Notes under the pieces: model-generated
What the model was told of the DNA's origin: nothing
Databases searched by the model: none
What the model saw: the letters and a program-made list of their open reading frames with translations, nothing else
In this document: positions 32,597 to 40,623 of the stretch, piece by piece
Position numbering within the stretch: position 1 is the stretch's first letter
Layout of the letters: each line of letters begins with the position of its first letter
Translations under genes and position numbers: made by a program
IMG/VR virus record: IMGVR_UViG_3300031178_000001
Length of the DNA: 40,623 nt
DNA from: a virus
Strand: one strand, 5' to 3'

Positions 32597-32626
32597 GGGC
32601 GCCTGTTCAGGCGCTCTTTCTATATT
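32597..32626 (+). terminator. Rho-independent terminator 1 after the protease gene
   Basis: 8-bp stem GGGCGCCT/AGGCGCTC, loop GTTC, then TTTCTATATT. Confidence 0.65.
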
Positions 32627-32638
32627 CGACACTAAGTC

Positions 32639-32671
32639 AGAGCACCCCCGAAAGGGGGCTCTTGCTATATT
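32639..32671 (+). terminator. Second hairpin, GAAA-capped (terminator-like)
   Basis: AGAG(CA)CCCCC-GAAA-GGGGGCTCT then TGCTATATT. The 15-bp tail repeats the tail of terminator 1. Confidence 0.45.
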
Positions 32672-32684
32672 CGGGGGTGTTGAA

Positions 32685-34592
32685 ATGGCGACGAATACCG
32701 TCAAAGTGAAATCTGTAACGGTAACGAAACCCGGATCGACTACACCGGTTCCGCAACCGACATCGGGGCTTGCGGGGATCGGGGAAGCGCTCGGAAACGC
32801 GATCAAGACGAATCAATCTGTACCGAAGCCGGCGACAACTCCGTCTACGAGCACTTCCAATGCAATCCCGCAGCCGACGAGCACGGTCAAAAACGCGGCT
32901 ACATCGCCGGGAACCGCGCCCTCCACCGGTTATGGTGGCGCGACATATGGGACGAACGCCGCGACGAACCGTGCGATCGAAGCGAATCAGGCGAAAATTC
33001 AGGACCCGGCGTTTCGTCAGAGCGAGATCGAGCGGACGCTTCAGGTGATCGCGGAGCGGCAGGCGCAGGGACTGGACACAAGCGAGCAGATGAAGTATTT
33101 AACTAAGAACTTGGGGTACCAAGCTCCTGTGAGCAGTCAAATCCCGCAACCCACGATCCCGCAGCCGATGTCCGTCCCGAATCCGGGGCAGTTCGTACCT
33201 CCGACGCCGACGCAGCAGATTCCGATCCCGCAGCCGACGATCCCGGTGCGCGATCTGGCGGCTATCGAAAAGTACGTCGACGAGCAGATTGCCGCCAACC
33301 TCGCACGGCAGCGCAGTGCCGCGGATCAGGCCATCAATGCGGCTCGTATGACGGCCGGACAACAGCTGCAAGGTCTGCAAACGAGCTACGACCGCACACG
33401 GCAAAACATCGGCGAAAACCGCGCGGTTGAAGACGTGACCAACGCCCGCCGGCTGTCGCCGTTCAGCGGCCGCAGCGACTACGCGCTCGGCATGATCGAG
33501 CAGGAACGGGCCCGGACGGACCGCGAAATGCAGGAAGACTTCCTGACGCGGCAGGCGAACGTGAACCAGTCGCTCGCCCAGCTTGAGAACGAGATCAACG
33601 CCAAATACAAGGCGCTTCAGGATACGGTCGGCGCCGAGCGGCAGCGGCTCATTCAGGAAATCCTCGAAGACGAGCGCGCCTACGAGCTCGCGCTGCGCGG
33701 CGAGAACCGGGCCGACATTCTCGCTAACTCGCAGCTCACGACGGACGAGTTCAACCGGGCGCTGCAATCGTACATGGCGAACCGGTCGGCGTTCGAGAAC
33801 GACCGCGCCTTCGACTGGTCGCAATATCTCGACGTGGTGGACAGGACCGGCAACATCAATCCGAACGTATTGGGCGGCCAGATGTCGACTTACGGCGCGA
33901 ATCCGTATGCTGCACTTGCGGCAACCGGCGGATCGCAGCGGACGTTGCAGGGCCAGGCATTCGATCTTCAAAACAAGCAGGCGAACCTAAATGCCGCGCT
34001 TGCCGTTGGCGAGGCAACCGGCCGGTTGGTATCGCCGCAGGGCGATTGGGGCGGACTGTTCCGTCAAGCGAGCAACCCGAACACGCCGCTTAACCTCGCC
34101 GGGCGCCAGTTCGAAGCAAACGAGCAGCAACGCGCGTTCCAGAATGACCTTGAGCTCCAGCGGTTCCGCGAAAACGTCCGGCAGTTCGGCCTCGAATACG
34201 CGGCGCGGCAGGCCGGCCTCTCGCTTGAACAGGCGCGCCTCGAACTCGCCCGTGACGACAACGCTCGTCAATGGGCGGCGCTTGACTGGCAGATGCGGCA
34301 GGCGGAACAGCAACAGCAAACGCCCCAATACAACGGCGCGTCGATCAATCAGATTGTCGACAGCCTGCGGTCGCAGTACATGGAACCGGTCTTCCAGACC
34401 AACGCGCTCGGCGAACAGGTCAGGGCAGGCGAACGGCTCACGCAGGACGCGGCGAAACGCGAGGACCTGTTCTTGCGGGTTGCGTCGATGGGATTGCCGT
34501 ATGACATGGAAAACCAAGTCATGTTGATGCTCGGCCTGTCTCCGAGCGAGATCAATCTGTTCGACCGGAAATATGGTTTCAATCAACGATAA
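32685..34592 (+). CDS. Large Gln/Pro-rich coiled-coil virion protein (internal/ejection-type, putative), 635 aa
   Basis: Composition and position next to the 1311-aa protein. No enzymatic motif seen. Confidence 0.45.
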   Translation: MATNTVKVKSVTVTKPGSTTPVPQPTSGLAGIGEALGNAIKTNQSVPKPATTPSTSTSNAIPQPTSTVKNAATSPGTAPSTGYGGATYGTNAATNRAIEANQAKIQDPAFRQSEIERTLQVIAERQAQGLDTSEQMKYLTKNLGYQAPVSSQIPQPTIPQPMSVPNPGQFVPPTPTQQIPIPQPTIPVRDLAAIEKYVDEQIAANLARQRSAADQAINAARMTAGQQLQGLQTSYDRTRQNIGENRAVEDVTNARRLSPFSGRSDYALGMIEQERARTDREMQEDFLTRQANVNQSLAQLENEINAKYKALQDTVGAERQRLIQEILEDERAYELALRGENRADILANSQLTTDEFNRALQSYMANRSAFENDRAFDWSQYLDVVDRTGNINPNVLGGQMSTYGANPYAALAATGGSQRTLQGQAFDLQNKQANLNAALAVGEATGRLVSPQGDWGGLFRQASNPNTPLNLAGRQFEANEQQRAFQNDLELQRFRENVRQFGLEYAARQAGLSLEQARLELARDDNARQWAALDWQMRQAEQQQQTPQYNGASINQIVDSLRSQYMEPVFQTNALGEQVRAGERLTQDAAKREDLFLRVASMGLPYDMENQVMLMLGLSPSEINLFDRKYGFNQR

Positions 34593-34607
34593 GGAGGGTA
34601 GGCGGCC

Positions 34608-37600
34608 ATGCCGAGCCGATACGAACAGCTCCAGCAACGCGGGGATGAAGCGAGAAGACGGGTGCTCGAACGCTTGAGCCAACCCGTCACCGCACAGACG
34701 GCGGCCAGCAGCGGCCGCCTGTCTCGTTTTGAACAACTGCAGCAGATGCGCTTGACGCAGCCGATGCAGCAACCGGCAACCACGCAGACGTTGAAGGAAG
34801 CCGCGCGACAAGCCGCGCCCGAACGGTTCGCGCCGGAGCTGCAGCGCGTCCAGGACTTCACACGGCCGCAATTCATCGACAAGTTCCCGCGAACTGAGGT
34901 GAAAGCCGAGACCAAGACCAATACGAAACCGGAGAAGAAAGGATTGGCCGCGCAGGCCGGCGCCGGCAAGTTTACGGAAACGATGTTCGCGATGGCCGGG
35001 GATGCGCTGGACAACCTGACATTCGGACTGACGGACAAACTGACCGATCGCATCGAACGGTACGTCCGCGGCGACCGCGAACGCACGCCGCAGGAAGAAC
35101 AGGCGGCGCAACTGTTCGGCATGGTCGGATACCTGGGCGCTGGCGCCGGGGCATACCGGGCAGCAAGAGGGCTGACGGGCCAGGTCACGAAGCAGCTCCC
35201 GAAACTGGCCGACGACGCCGCGGCGAAGGTGCTCGCCCGGACGAACGCTTCGCCGATCACCGCAGCGACAACACGAATGGCTGCACAGAGCGCAGGGCGG
35301 GCCGCCGGGCACGCGCTCACCGGGGCGACGGCGGGGGCAATCTTCCAGACGCCGTATGAGATCACGGAAGCGGCGTTCGGGAAGAACGACCAAACGCTCG
35401 GCCAGCGGCTCGGCGACATCGCCGAAAGTGCGGCGCTCGGGGCTATTCTCGATCCGGTTGCGGAAGCGTATGTCGGGGCCGTCGGCAACATGCTGCGGCG
35501 CACGCCGAATACTGCGCAACAGGCGCAGACTGCATTACCGACGGCACAAGCGACAGAAACCGCAGCACAATCAGCCGCCCGTGCGTTCGAACCGACGCGG
35601 GCGCGCGTCGAGAAGCGTCCGTCGCTCGACCAGGTGATCTCCGAGATCAGACCGGCCGTGATGGAGCGCATGACGCCGCCGCTGGAAAACCCGCGGGAGC
35701 TGGCGCGGTGGATTCAGCAGAACAGCGGCATCGGCAACCTGTCGCTGAACGAGATCCGGAAACTGCCGTATGAGGACATGCGGCAATTGGCCGAAGACAT
35801 CCGCCGGAACATGAACATCTACGACACGTCCATCGCCGTCGCTCGGGAACGCGGGCATGACCTCGAAAAACTGTTGGCCGGTCCGCGCCGGGTGTCGCCG
35901 GAAGCGCTGCAGCGCGGCCGCGAAACGCTCCGGATGCGTGAGATTGCCGGCGTTCCGCTGGTTCGCTCGCAGGACCCGACATGGGCGGAACGCGCTTCTC
36001 GGATGTCTCGGGCGGAACAGCTCGCCCAGCGGGTAGAGGCGCAACCCGCGCAGGCATCACAGCCTGCACAACCCGCGCTGGCCGCCCGCACGCGGCAGCT
36101 CGAAGAACCGCAACCGGCGCGCGCCGTGGATGACGGCATTCCATTCGCCGACGAGATCGAACCGCCGCAGCCGGAGGAAATCGCGCCGCGCATCCGGGAC
36201 CGCGTGAACTCTTACGCCGACCGACTGATCGCGAGCGCCCGCGCCGAGCTGGTAGCAAGCCGGAACCGTCTCAGTTCGAACCCGGTCGACATCTACGCGC
36301 AGTATGCGAAGATCGGCGCCGGCTACATGCTCAAGGGCGCGGTCCGTCTGGCCGACTTCACCGAGCAGATGGTCCGGGACTTCGGCGAGCAGATTCGGCC
36401 GTATGTCCGCGAAATCTACAAGCGAGCGAAGGATCAATACAAGGTCATCCAAAAGCAGATCGAATCCGAAGAACTTGGCCTGACCGGTTTCGAAGGGCAA
36501 GAGCTGAAAGACCTGTCGACGATCAACCTGAACACGGCAGACGTGTACCGCAACTTCAAGACGGTGTTCGGCCCGCACTATGAGAGCGTGAAGCGAGCCA
36601 TCCTCGATCCGTTCGACGCCGCGAAGGGCGCATACGCCGAGGAGCAGAAGCGGCTCACAGACGCGCTCTACAACGACATCGTGAAGGGGCTCGGCATCAA
36701 GAAGGGATCGAAGGAATCCGCGCTGGTACAGCAGTTCGGCGAGGGCCGGATCACGTTGGATGAGTTGCAGAAGGCGGCGCCGGACAAGTGGCAGAACATC
36801 GTGCAGGCGAACGAATGGTTCCGCCGGCAATATGACGATCTGATCGCGCGGGTGAACGAAGTTCTGGCGAGAATCTATCCGAACCGGCCGGAGAAGCTGG
36901 TTCCGTACCGGAAGGACTACTATCGCCACTTCCAGGAGCTGCGGGGCTGGTCCGGGCTCAAGAATCTGTTCGATACCACGGCAACGCAGATTTCGCCGTC
37001 GCTGTCCGGCATCTCGCCGTTCACGCAGCCGAAGACGAAGTGGGCGAGCTTCAAACAGCGTCGCGGCCTCGGCGAGTTCAAGGACGACGCGGTCGGCGGA
37101 TTCCTCGACTACATCCCGGCGGCGTCGTATGCGATTCACATCGACCCGCACATCAGCGTGTTCCGCAACCTCGCGAAGCGGCTGGCGGAGGATACGGAAA
37201 CGACGCGGAACCTGAACAATTTCATCCGCTACTTGAACAACTTCGCGAACGACCTCGCCGGCAAGACGTCGCCGTTCGATCGCTGGGTCGAAGAAGTCGG
37301 CGGCCGGAAGGCGCTGCATCTGCTCACCAAGGCGAACAACCGGGTGAAGGCGAACGTCATCCTCGGCAACGTGCGGTCGACGCTGTCACAGCTCGCCAAC
37401 ATCCCGAACGGGATTGCGTATGGCGGTATCGACGCCCCGGCCGGCGCGCTGCGGACGATCCAGAGCGTGTTTCAACCGAACGAAGCGATGCAGCGGTCAA
37501 AGTTCCTGAAAGAGCGTTACATCGAAGGCGCGTTCCGCCGCTTCGACCAAAAGTGGTGGGAGCAGCCGCGTCGATTCGCTGAATTCATGATGGAGGCGTC

Positions 37601-38543
37601 CGACCGCATCGGCACGTCGTTCGTATGGAACACGGCGTATGCGAAAGCCATCCGGCAGGGTGTCGCCGATCCGGTGAAGTTCGCGGACGAGCAGACGCGC
37701 CGGCTGGTCGGCGGGCGCGGCGTTGGCGAGCAGCCACTGCTCATCAAGTCTAAAGTCTTCAACCTCGTCGCACCGTTCCAACTCGAAGTGAACAACCTGT
37801 GGCGCGTGATGAAAGACTTCGTTGACGAAAGACGGTTCGGCGCGCTGGTGACGCTTTTCGTTTCGAACTGGCTGCTCAATCAGGCGTTCGAGCGGACCAC
37901 AGGCAGCGGCGTTGTGCTCGATCCGATCGACGCGATTTACGAAGCTGTGACCGCGGAAGACGCCAGCATCCTGCAGCGTGCCGGCCGTGTTGCTGGCGAG
38001 GCACTTTCGAACTTGCCGCTCGGCCAAACGGCCACGCTGCTGTATCCGCAGTACGGCAAAAACGTCAATGGGATGGAACTGCCGACCCGGAAAGAACTGT
38101 TCGGCGACAATGATCCGACGCGCTTCGGCTCCGGTCTGCTGGTCGCCGGCGCCATTACGGACCCGCTGTTTAAATTCGTGCTGCCGTTCGGCGGCAACCA
38201 GCTCAAGAAGACGATCAGCGGCGTCGACGCGCTCGTCCGCGGTGGATCGTACACGGAGAACGTGCTGACGACCGGCGCGCGGATTGAGGAACCGAAGCTG
38301 CGGTTTCCGGTCGAAAGTACGCCACAAAACACCCTTCGCGCGGCACTTTTCGGGCCCTATGCCACATCCGAGGGGCAAGAGTACACCCGTGAGAACAGAA
38401 GGCCGTTAAGTGAGCGTCAAACAAGGGTTTATCAGAACATCGACGATCCGCAGACGTTCTACAGGACGCTGATGGATCAGCGGCGGAGAGAGACAGAGCT
38501 GAAGAAGCTGCGGGAACAGAAATTGAAGGAGCTGACAAAATAA
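34608..38543 (+). CDS. Very large virion protein, 1311 aa (internal/ejection protein or atypically placed tape measure)
   Basis: Longest ORF. AAGGAGGG RBS. Lies after the fibre gene and before the lysis genes. Confidence 0.55.
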   Translation: MPSRYEQLQQRGDEARRRVLERLSQPVTAQTAASSGRLSRFEQLQQMRLTQPMQQPATTQTLKEAARQAAPERFAPELQRVQDFTRPQFIDKFPRTEVKAETKTNTKPEKKGLAAQAGAGKFTETMFAMAGDALDNLTFGLTDKLTDRIERYVRGDRERTPQEEQAAQLFGMVGYLGAGAGAYRAARGLTGQVTKQLPKLADDAAAKVLARTNASPITAATTRMAAQSAGRAAGHALTGATAGAIFQTPYEITEAAFGKNDQTLGQRLGDIAESAALGAILDPVAEAYVGAVGNMLRRTPNTAQQAQTALPTAQATETAAQSAARAFEPTRARVEKRPSLDQVISEIRPAVMERMTPPLENPRELARWIQQNSGIGNLSLNEIRKLPYEDMRQLAEDIRRNMNIYDTSIAVARERGHDLEKLLAGPRRVSPEALQRGRETLRMREIAGVPLVRSQDPTWAERASRMSRAEQLAQRVEAQPAQASQPAQPALAARTRQLEEPQPARAVDDGIPFADEIEPPQPEEIAPRIRDRVNSYADRLIASARAELVASRNRLSSNPVDIYAQYAKIGAGYMLKGAVRLADFTEQMVRDFGEQIRPYVREIYKRAKDQYKVIQKQIESEELGLTGFEGQELKDLSTINLNTADVYRNFKTVFGPHYESVKRAILDPFDAAKGAYAEEQKRLTDALYNDIVKGLGIKKGSKESALVQQFGEGRITLDELQKAAPDKWQNIVQANEWFRRQYDDLIARVNEVLARIYPNRPEKLVPYRKDYYRHFQELRGWSGLKNLFDTTATQISPSLSGISPFTQPKTKWASFKQRRGLGEFKDDAVGGFLDYIPAASYAIHIDPHISVFRNLAKRLAEDTETTRNLNNFIRYLNNFANDLAGKTSPFDRWVEEVGGRKALHLLTKANNRVKANVILGNVRSTLSQLANIPNGIAYGGIDAPAGALRTIQSVFQPNEAMQRSKFLKERYIEGAFRRFDQKWWEQPRRFAEFMMEASDRIGTSFVWNTAYAKAIRQGVADPVKFADEQTRRLVGGRGVGEQPLLIKSKVFNLVAPFQLEVNNLWRVMKDFVDERRFGALVTLFVSNWLLNQAFERTTGSGVVLDPIDAIYEAVTAEDASILQRAGRVAGEALSNLPLGQTATLLYPQYGKNVNGMELPTRKELFGDNDPTRFGSGLLVAGAITDPLFKFVLPFGGNQLKKTISGVDALVRGGSYTENVLTTGARIEEPKLRFPVESTPQNTLRAALFGPYATSEGQEYTRENRRPLSERQTRVYQNIDDPQTFYRTLMDQRRRETELKKLREQKLKELTK

Positions 38544-38574
38544 CCCATAGAGGTTATGATAGTGAAAAACGGCG

Positions 38575-38793
38575 GTGTTGCATGTGGATCGGTGGGAAAA
38601 AGTCCTGCTCATGACATGGTTTGTCGGCGGTATGATTCTAATAGGGGTTCTAAATGCATTTTGGAACGAGGAAGTTTCGTTCTTCTTCGCGATCTTCTAT
38701 CTGTCGTTCTGGATTGCCTTCACATACGGTTTTGTTAAGGGAATGAGGGTAGGCAGGGAGGACGCAGAAAAAGAGTTTAAAGGGCGTCGCTAG
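38575..38793 (+). CDS. Small two-TM membrane protein, 72 aa (start uncertain)
   Basis: TM segments WFVGGMILIGVLNAF and FFFAIFYLSFWIAFTYGF. Adjacent to the holin gene. Confidence 0.5.
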   Translation: MLHVDRWEKVLLMTWFVGGMILIGVLNAFWNEEVSFFFAIFYLSFWIAFTYGFVKGMRVGREDAEKEFKGRR

Positions 38794-38829
38794 ATGCGGC
38801 GCCCTTACTATTTGGAGGTGCATCCTATC

Positions 38830-39231
38830 ATGGAAAACCTGTTTAAAACCATCGTTGCAATCGGCGGCGCGGCCGCCTCTTATCTTTTCGGGGGGTGGTC
38901 GTCGTTGCTTTCGATTCTGCTTACGTTTGTTGTGTTGGATTATGTGACCGGGTTCGCAGCCGCCGCAAAAGAAGGAAAGCTGAACAGCGAAGTCGGTGCA
39001 TGGGGCATCGCGAAGAAGGTCGGCATCTTCGCCGTTGTGGCCGCCGCGCACTTGGTGGATACCGCACTGGGCGCCGCCCACCTTTTCCGAGATGCGGCGA
39101 TATTTTTCTTTCTCGCAAACGAGCTGCTCAGCGTGATCGAAAACGCTGGCCGGATCGGTGTTCCCGTTCCGCCCGTCATGCAGCGGGCGGTGGAAGTGCT
39201 GCGCGGTAAGTCGGAGGGTGATGCGAAATGA
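38830..39231 (+). CDS. Holin (Holin_4_1/TcdE-like), 133 aa
   Basis: ATG 38830 after a GGAGGTG RBS. LDYVTGFAAAAKEGKLNSEVGAWGIAKKVGIF motif. Three TM segments. Confidence 0.8.
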   Translation: MENLFKTIVAIGGAAASYLFGGWSSLLSILLTFVVLDYVTGFAAAAKEGKLNSEVGAWGIAKKVGIFAVVAAAHLVDTALGAAHLFRDAAIFFFLANELLSVIENAGRIGVPVPPVMQRAVEVLRGKSEGDAK

Positions 39232-39950
39232 AGATTGTACTGGATGCAGGGCATGGTCCGAACACACCCGGCAAGCGGTCCCCGGACGGATCGCTCCGCG
39301 AGTACCAGTTTAACTCGGCGGTCGCCCGGTACGTCGCCGACGCGCTCCTGCATGGATATGAGGGCGTCGATATCCTGCTGACGCACGCAGATGATCGGGA
39401 CGTGCCGCTCAAGGAGCGCACGGACAAGGCGAATGCGTGGAAGGCTGATCTGTTCGTTTCGATCCACGCCAACGCGGCCGGCGACGGCGGCTGGAACAGC
39501 GCGCAGGGCATCGAGACGTTCGTCTATGATACGCGCCCGCCAGCGGCCGTCGCGCTCGCCAACGCTGTTCAGCGGCAATTGATCCGCGCCACGGGCCGCC
39601 CGGATCGCGGCGTGAAGTCTGCGAACTTCCACGTGTTGCGCGAGACCCGCATGACGGCCATCCTGATCGAATGTGGGTTTATGACGAACCGTGAGGAGTG
39701 CGAGCTGCTCAAGAGCGACGAATACCGCCGCAAGTGCGCGGAGGCCATCGTCGCCGGGATCGTGGAGACATACGGACTCCGGCCGAAGCAGCCTGCGCAG
39801 CCGACCGTGGAGGGCTGGCGATCCGAGTTTGCGGAGGCGCGTGTGTGGGCGGTCGAGCAGGGCATCACGGACGGCAGCCGGCCGAAGGACACGGTGACGC
39901 GCGAGGATCTCTGGGTGATGTTGTACAGAGCATTCGGCGCCCAGAAATGA
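39228..39950 (+). CDS. N-acetylmuramoyl-L-alanine amidase (Amidase_3) endolysin, 240 aa
   Basis: KIVLDAGHGPNTPGK, DLFVSIHANA, NFHVLRET, ILIECGFMTN. Confidence 0.9.
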   Translation: MKIVLDAGHGPNTPGKRSPDGSLREYQFNSAVARYVADALLHGYEGVDILLTHADDRDVPLKERTDKANAWKADLFVSIHANAAGDGGWNSAQGIETFVYDTRPPAAVALANAVQRQLIRATGRPDRGVKSANFHVLRETRMTAILIECGFMTNREECELLKSDEYRRKCAEAIVAGIVETYGLRPKQPAQPTVEGWRSEFAEARVWAVEQGITDGSRPKDTVTREDLWVMLYRAFGAQK

Positions 39951-39952
39951 TC

Positions 39953-39987
39953 GATCCCCGCTCGGCTATGCGCTGGGCGGGGATTTT
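39953..39987 (+). terminator. Hairpin terminator between convergent genes
   Basis: Stem ATCCCCGC/GCGGGGAT (39954-39984) then TTT. Overlaps the 3' end of the minus-strand HTH gene. Confidence 0.5.
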
Positions 39988-40187
39988 GTGCTTTGGGCAT
40001 ATTCCTCCGCCCGATCTTTCCTCCACAGCGGCCGCCCCTCGAACACAGCGTCCGGCCGGAGGAACTTTCCACGGTAGGTGGGTTTCAGCGCCCGTTGGCC
40101 GGCCAGACTGACGTTCTGTTGGGTTGTTCCGAGCAGACGGGCGAATTCTGCGGCGCCGATGAGGTCAAGGATTGTGTGGTCAGCCAT
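39966..40187 (-). CDS. Small HTH DNA-binding protein, 73 aa (last gene of the minus-strand cassette)
   Basis: ATG 40187 overlaps the AP2 gene stop by 8 nt. AEFARLLGTTQQNVS HTH motif. Confidence 0.6.
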   Translation of the reverse strand: MADHTILDLIGAAEFARLLGTTQQNVSLAGQRALKPTYRGKFLRPDAVFEGRPLWRKDRAEEYAQSTKSPPSA

Positions 40188-40623
40188 TCGGTTCATCCTT
40201 TCGTTTTGCCTTTTCGAGATACGGTCTGTGATACTGCTCCTCAAATGCCTTACGATCCGCGATTGCTTCTGCCAGCGTGCTTCGCGGCGGTCCCCATTTC
40301 CGTTTTCCCTTCACCGATATATGCGCCTCGAAAAACTCCTTACCGTTCCGCATGCGCCGATGCACGCCCTTGATGCCTGTACCGCTGTCCGACCTGACCT
40401 TTTTGGTCAGTAGCGGCACCTGTACGCCGTCAACGGTGTATTTGGTGTCGAGTGCTTGTCTTGCAGCGCGAATGTGATCGTGCTTAGAACACCCGCAGGT
40501 AGCTGCTCCGCCAATGCGCAAAATGGTCGCCGTAAACGGTTGGAGGTTTCCGCATCTGTGACATTTACAGAGCCATAACGCTTGCCCCCGCTCGTTCGTC
40601 CCGGCACGCTCAATCACTTCGAG
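40180..40623 (-). CDS. 3' part of the junction-spanning two-Zn-ribbon + AP2-domain gene
   Basis: Second GRRFGDLEVIERA...WLCKCHRCG...TCGCS repeat, then AP2-type GVHRRMRNGKEFFEAHISVKGKRKWGPPRSTLAEAIADRKAFEEQY. The 'M' at 40617 in the track is an internal GTG (Val). Confidence 0.75.
   Translation of the reverse strand, partial: LEVIERAGTNERGQALWLCKCHRCGNLQPFTATILRIGGAATCGCSKHDHIRAARQALDTKYTVDGVQVPLLTKKVRSDSGTGIKGVHRRMRNGKEFFEAHISVKGKRKWGPPRSTLAEAIADRKAFEEQYHRPYLEKAKRKDEPNG
40497..40623. repeat. Terminal direct repeat, identical to 1-127
   Basis: See 1-127. Confidence 0.95.

Larger units (their letters stand above)
1..40623. mobile_element. Complete temperate tailed-phage genome (circular assembly, unique length 40,496 bp)
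   Basis: Integrase, S24 repressor/Cro switch, replication, terminase, portal, capsid, tail, holin and amidase modules are all present. The two ends of the window are identical over 127 bp. Confidence 0.85.

Noticed and set aside
34608-38543. Annotating the 1311-aa protein simply as a tape measure protein.
   Set aside because: There are no tube or chaperone genes, and it lies after the fibre gene. It is kept as an open alternative only.

Overview
The window is one complete temperate tailed-phage genome assembled as a circle. Bases 1-127 are identical to 40497-40623, so the unique length is 40,496 bp. Composition and gene content (XkdW/XkdX-like genes, a copper-amine-oxidase-type stalk domain) suggest a fairly GC-rich Bacillota host; that is inference only.

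Module order:
- Accessory cassettes around the circle junction, on both strands (39966-40623 plus 1-1365).
- Tyrosine integrase with a candidate attP (1366-2799).
- Immunity switch: LexA/CI-like S24 repressor, Cro-like XRE protein and a three-copy palindromic operator (2840-3830).
- A run of small, translationally coupled early genes (3846-8160), including a Top6A/Spo11-like 'Mini-A' protein.
- A visibly more AT-rich replication module (8138-17285): SNF2 helicase, VRR-NUC, PD-(D/E)XK nuclease fused to an AAA_24 ATPase, DUF669, a TnsA/Hjc-like nuclease, a compact family-B polymerase, a Myb/SANT-repeat protein and a PrimPol/D5 primase-helicase. Two repeat-rich, origin-like non-coding regions flank the primase gene.
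- A late regulator with a sigma-70 region-4 type domain (18487-19092).
- A 590-bp non-coding block (19093-19681). It contains a helically phased repeat array plus an extended -10, a long structured untranslated RNA with G-run repeats, a non-canonical tRNA-like cloverleaf, and a strong intrinsic terminator directly in front of the packaging genes.
- Packaging, head and tail genes: terS, terL, portal, scaffold and capsid, then a tail module with no tube, sheath or chaperone genes (podovirus-like). Next come a fibre, XkdW/XkdX-like genes, a self-contained secreted serine-protease moron, and two very large internal-virion or ejection-type proteins.
- Lysis genes: holin and amidase.

The signals most worth following up:
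- The non-coding RNA/terminator unit upstream of terS.
- The junction-spanning three-gene minus-strand cassette. Its middle gene is missing from the ORF track because it crosses the window edge.
- The Mini-A gene.
- The iteron regions.
- The protease moron.

All family assignments come from motif reading by eye. No database search was possible.
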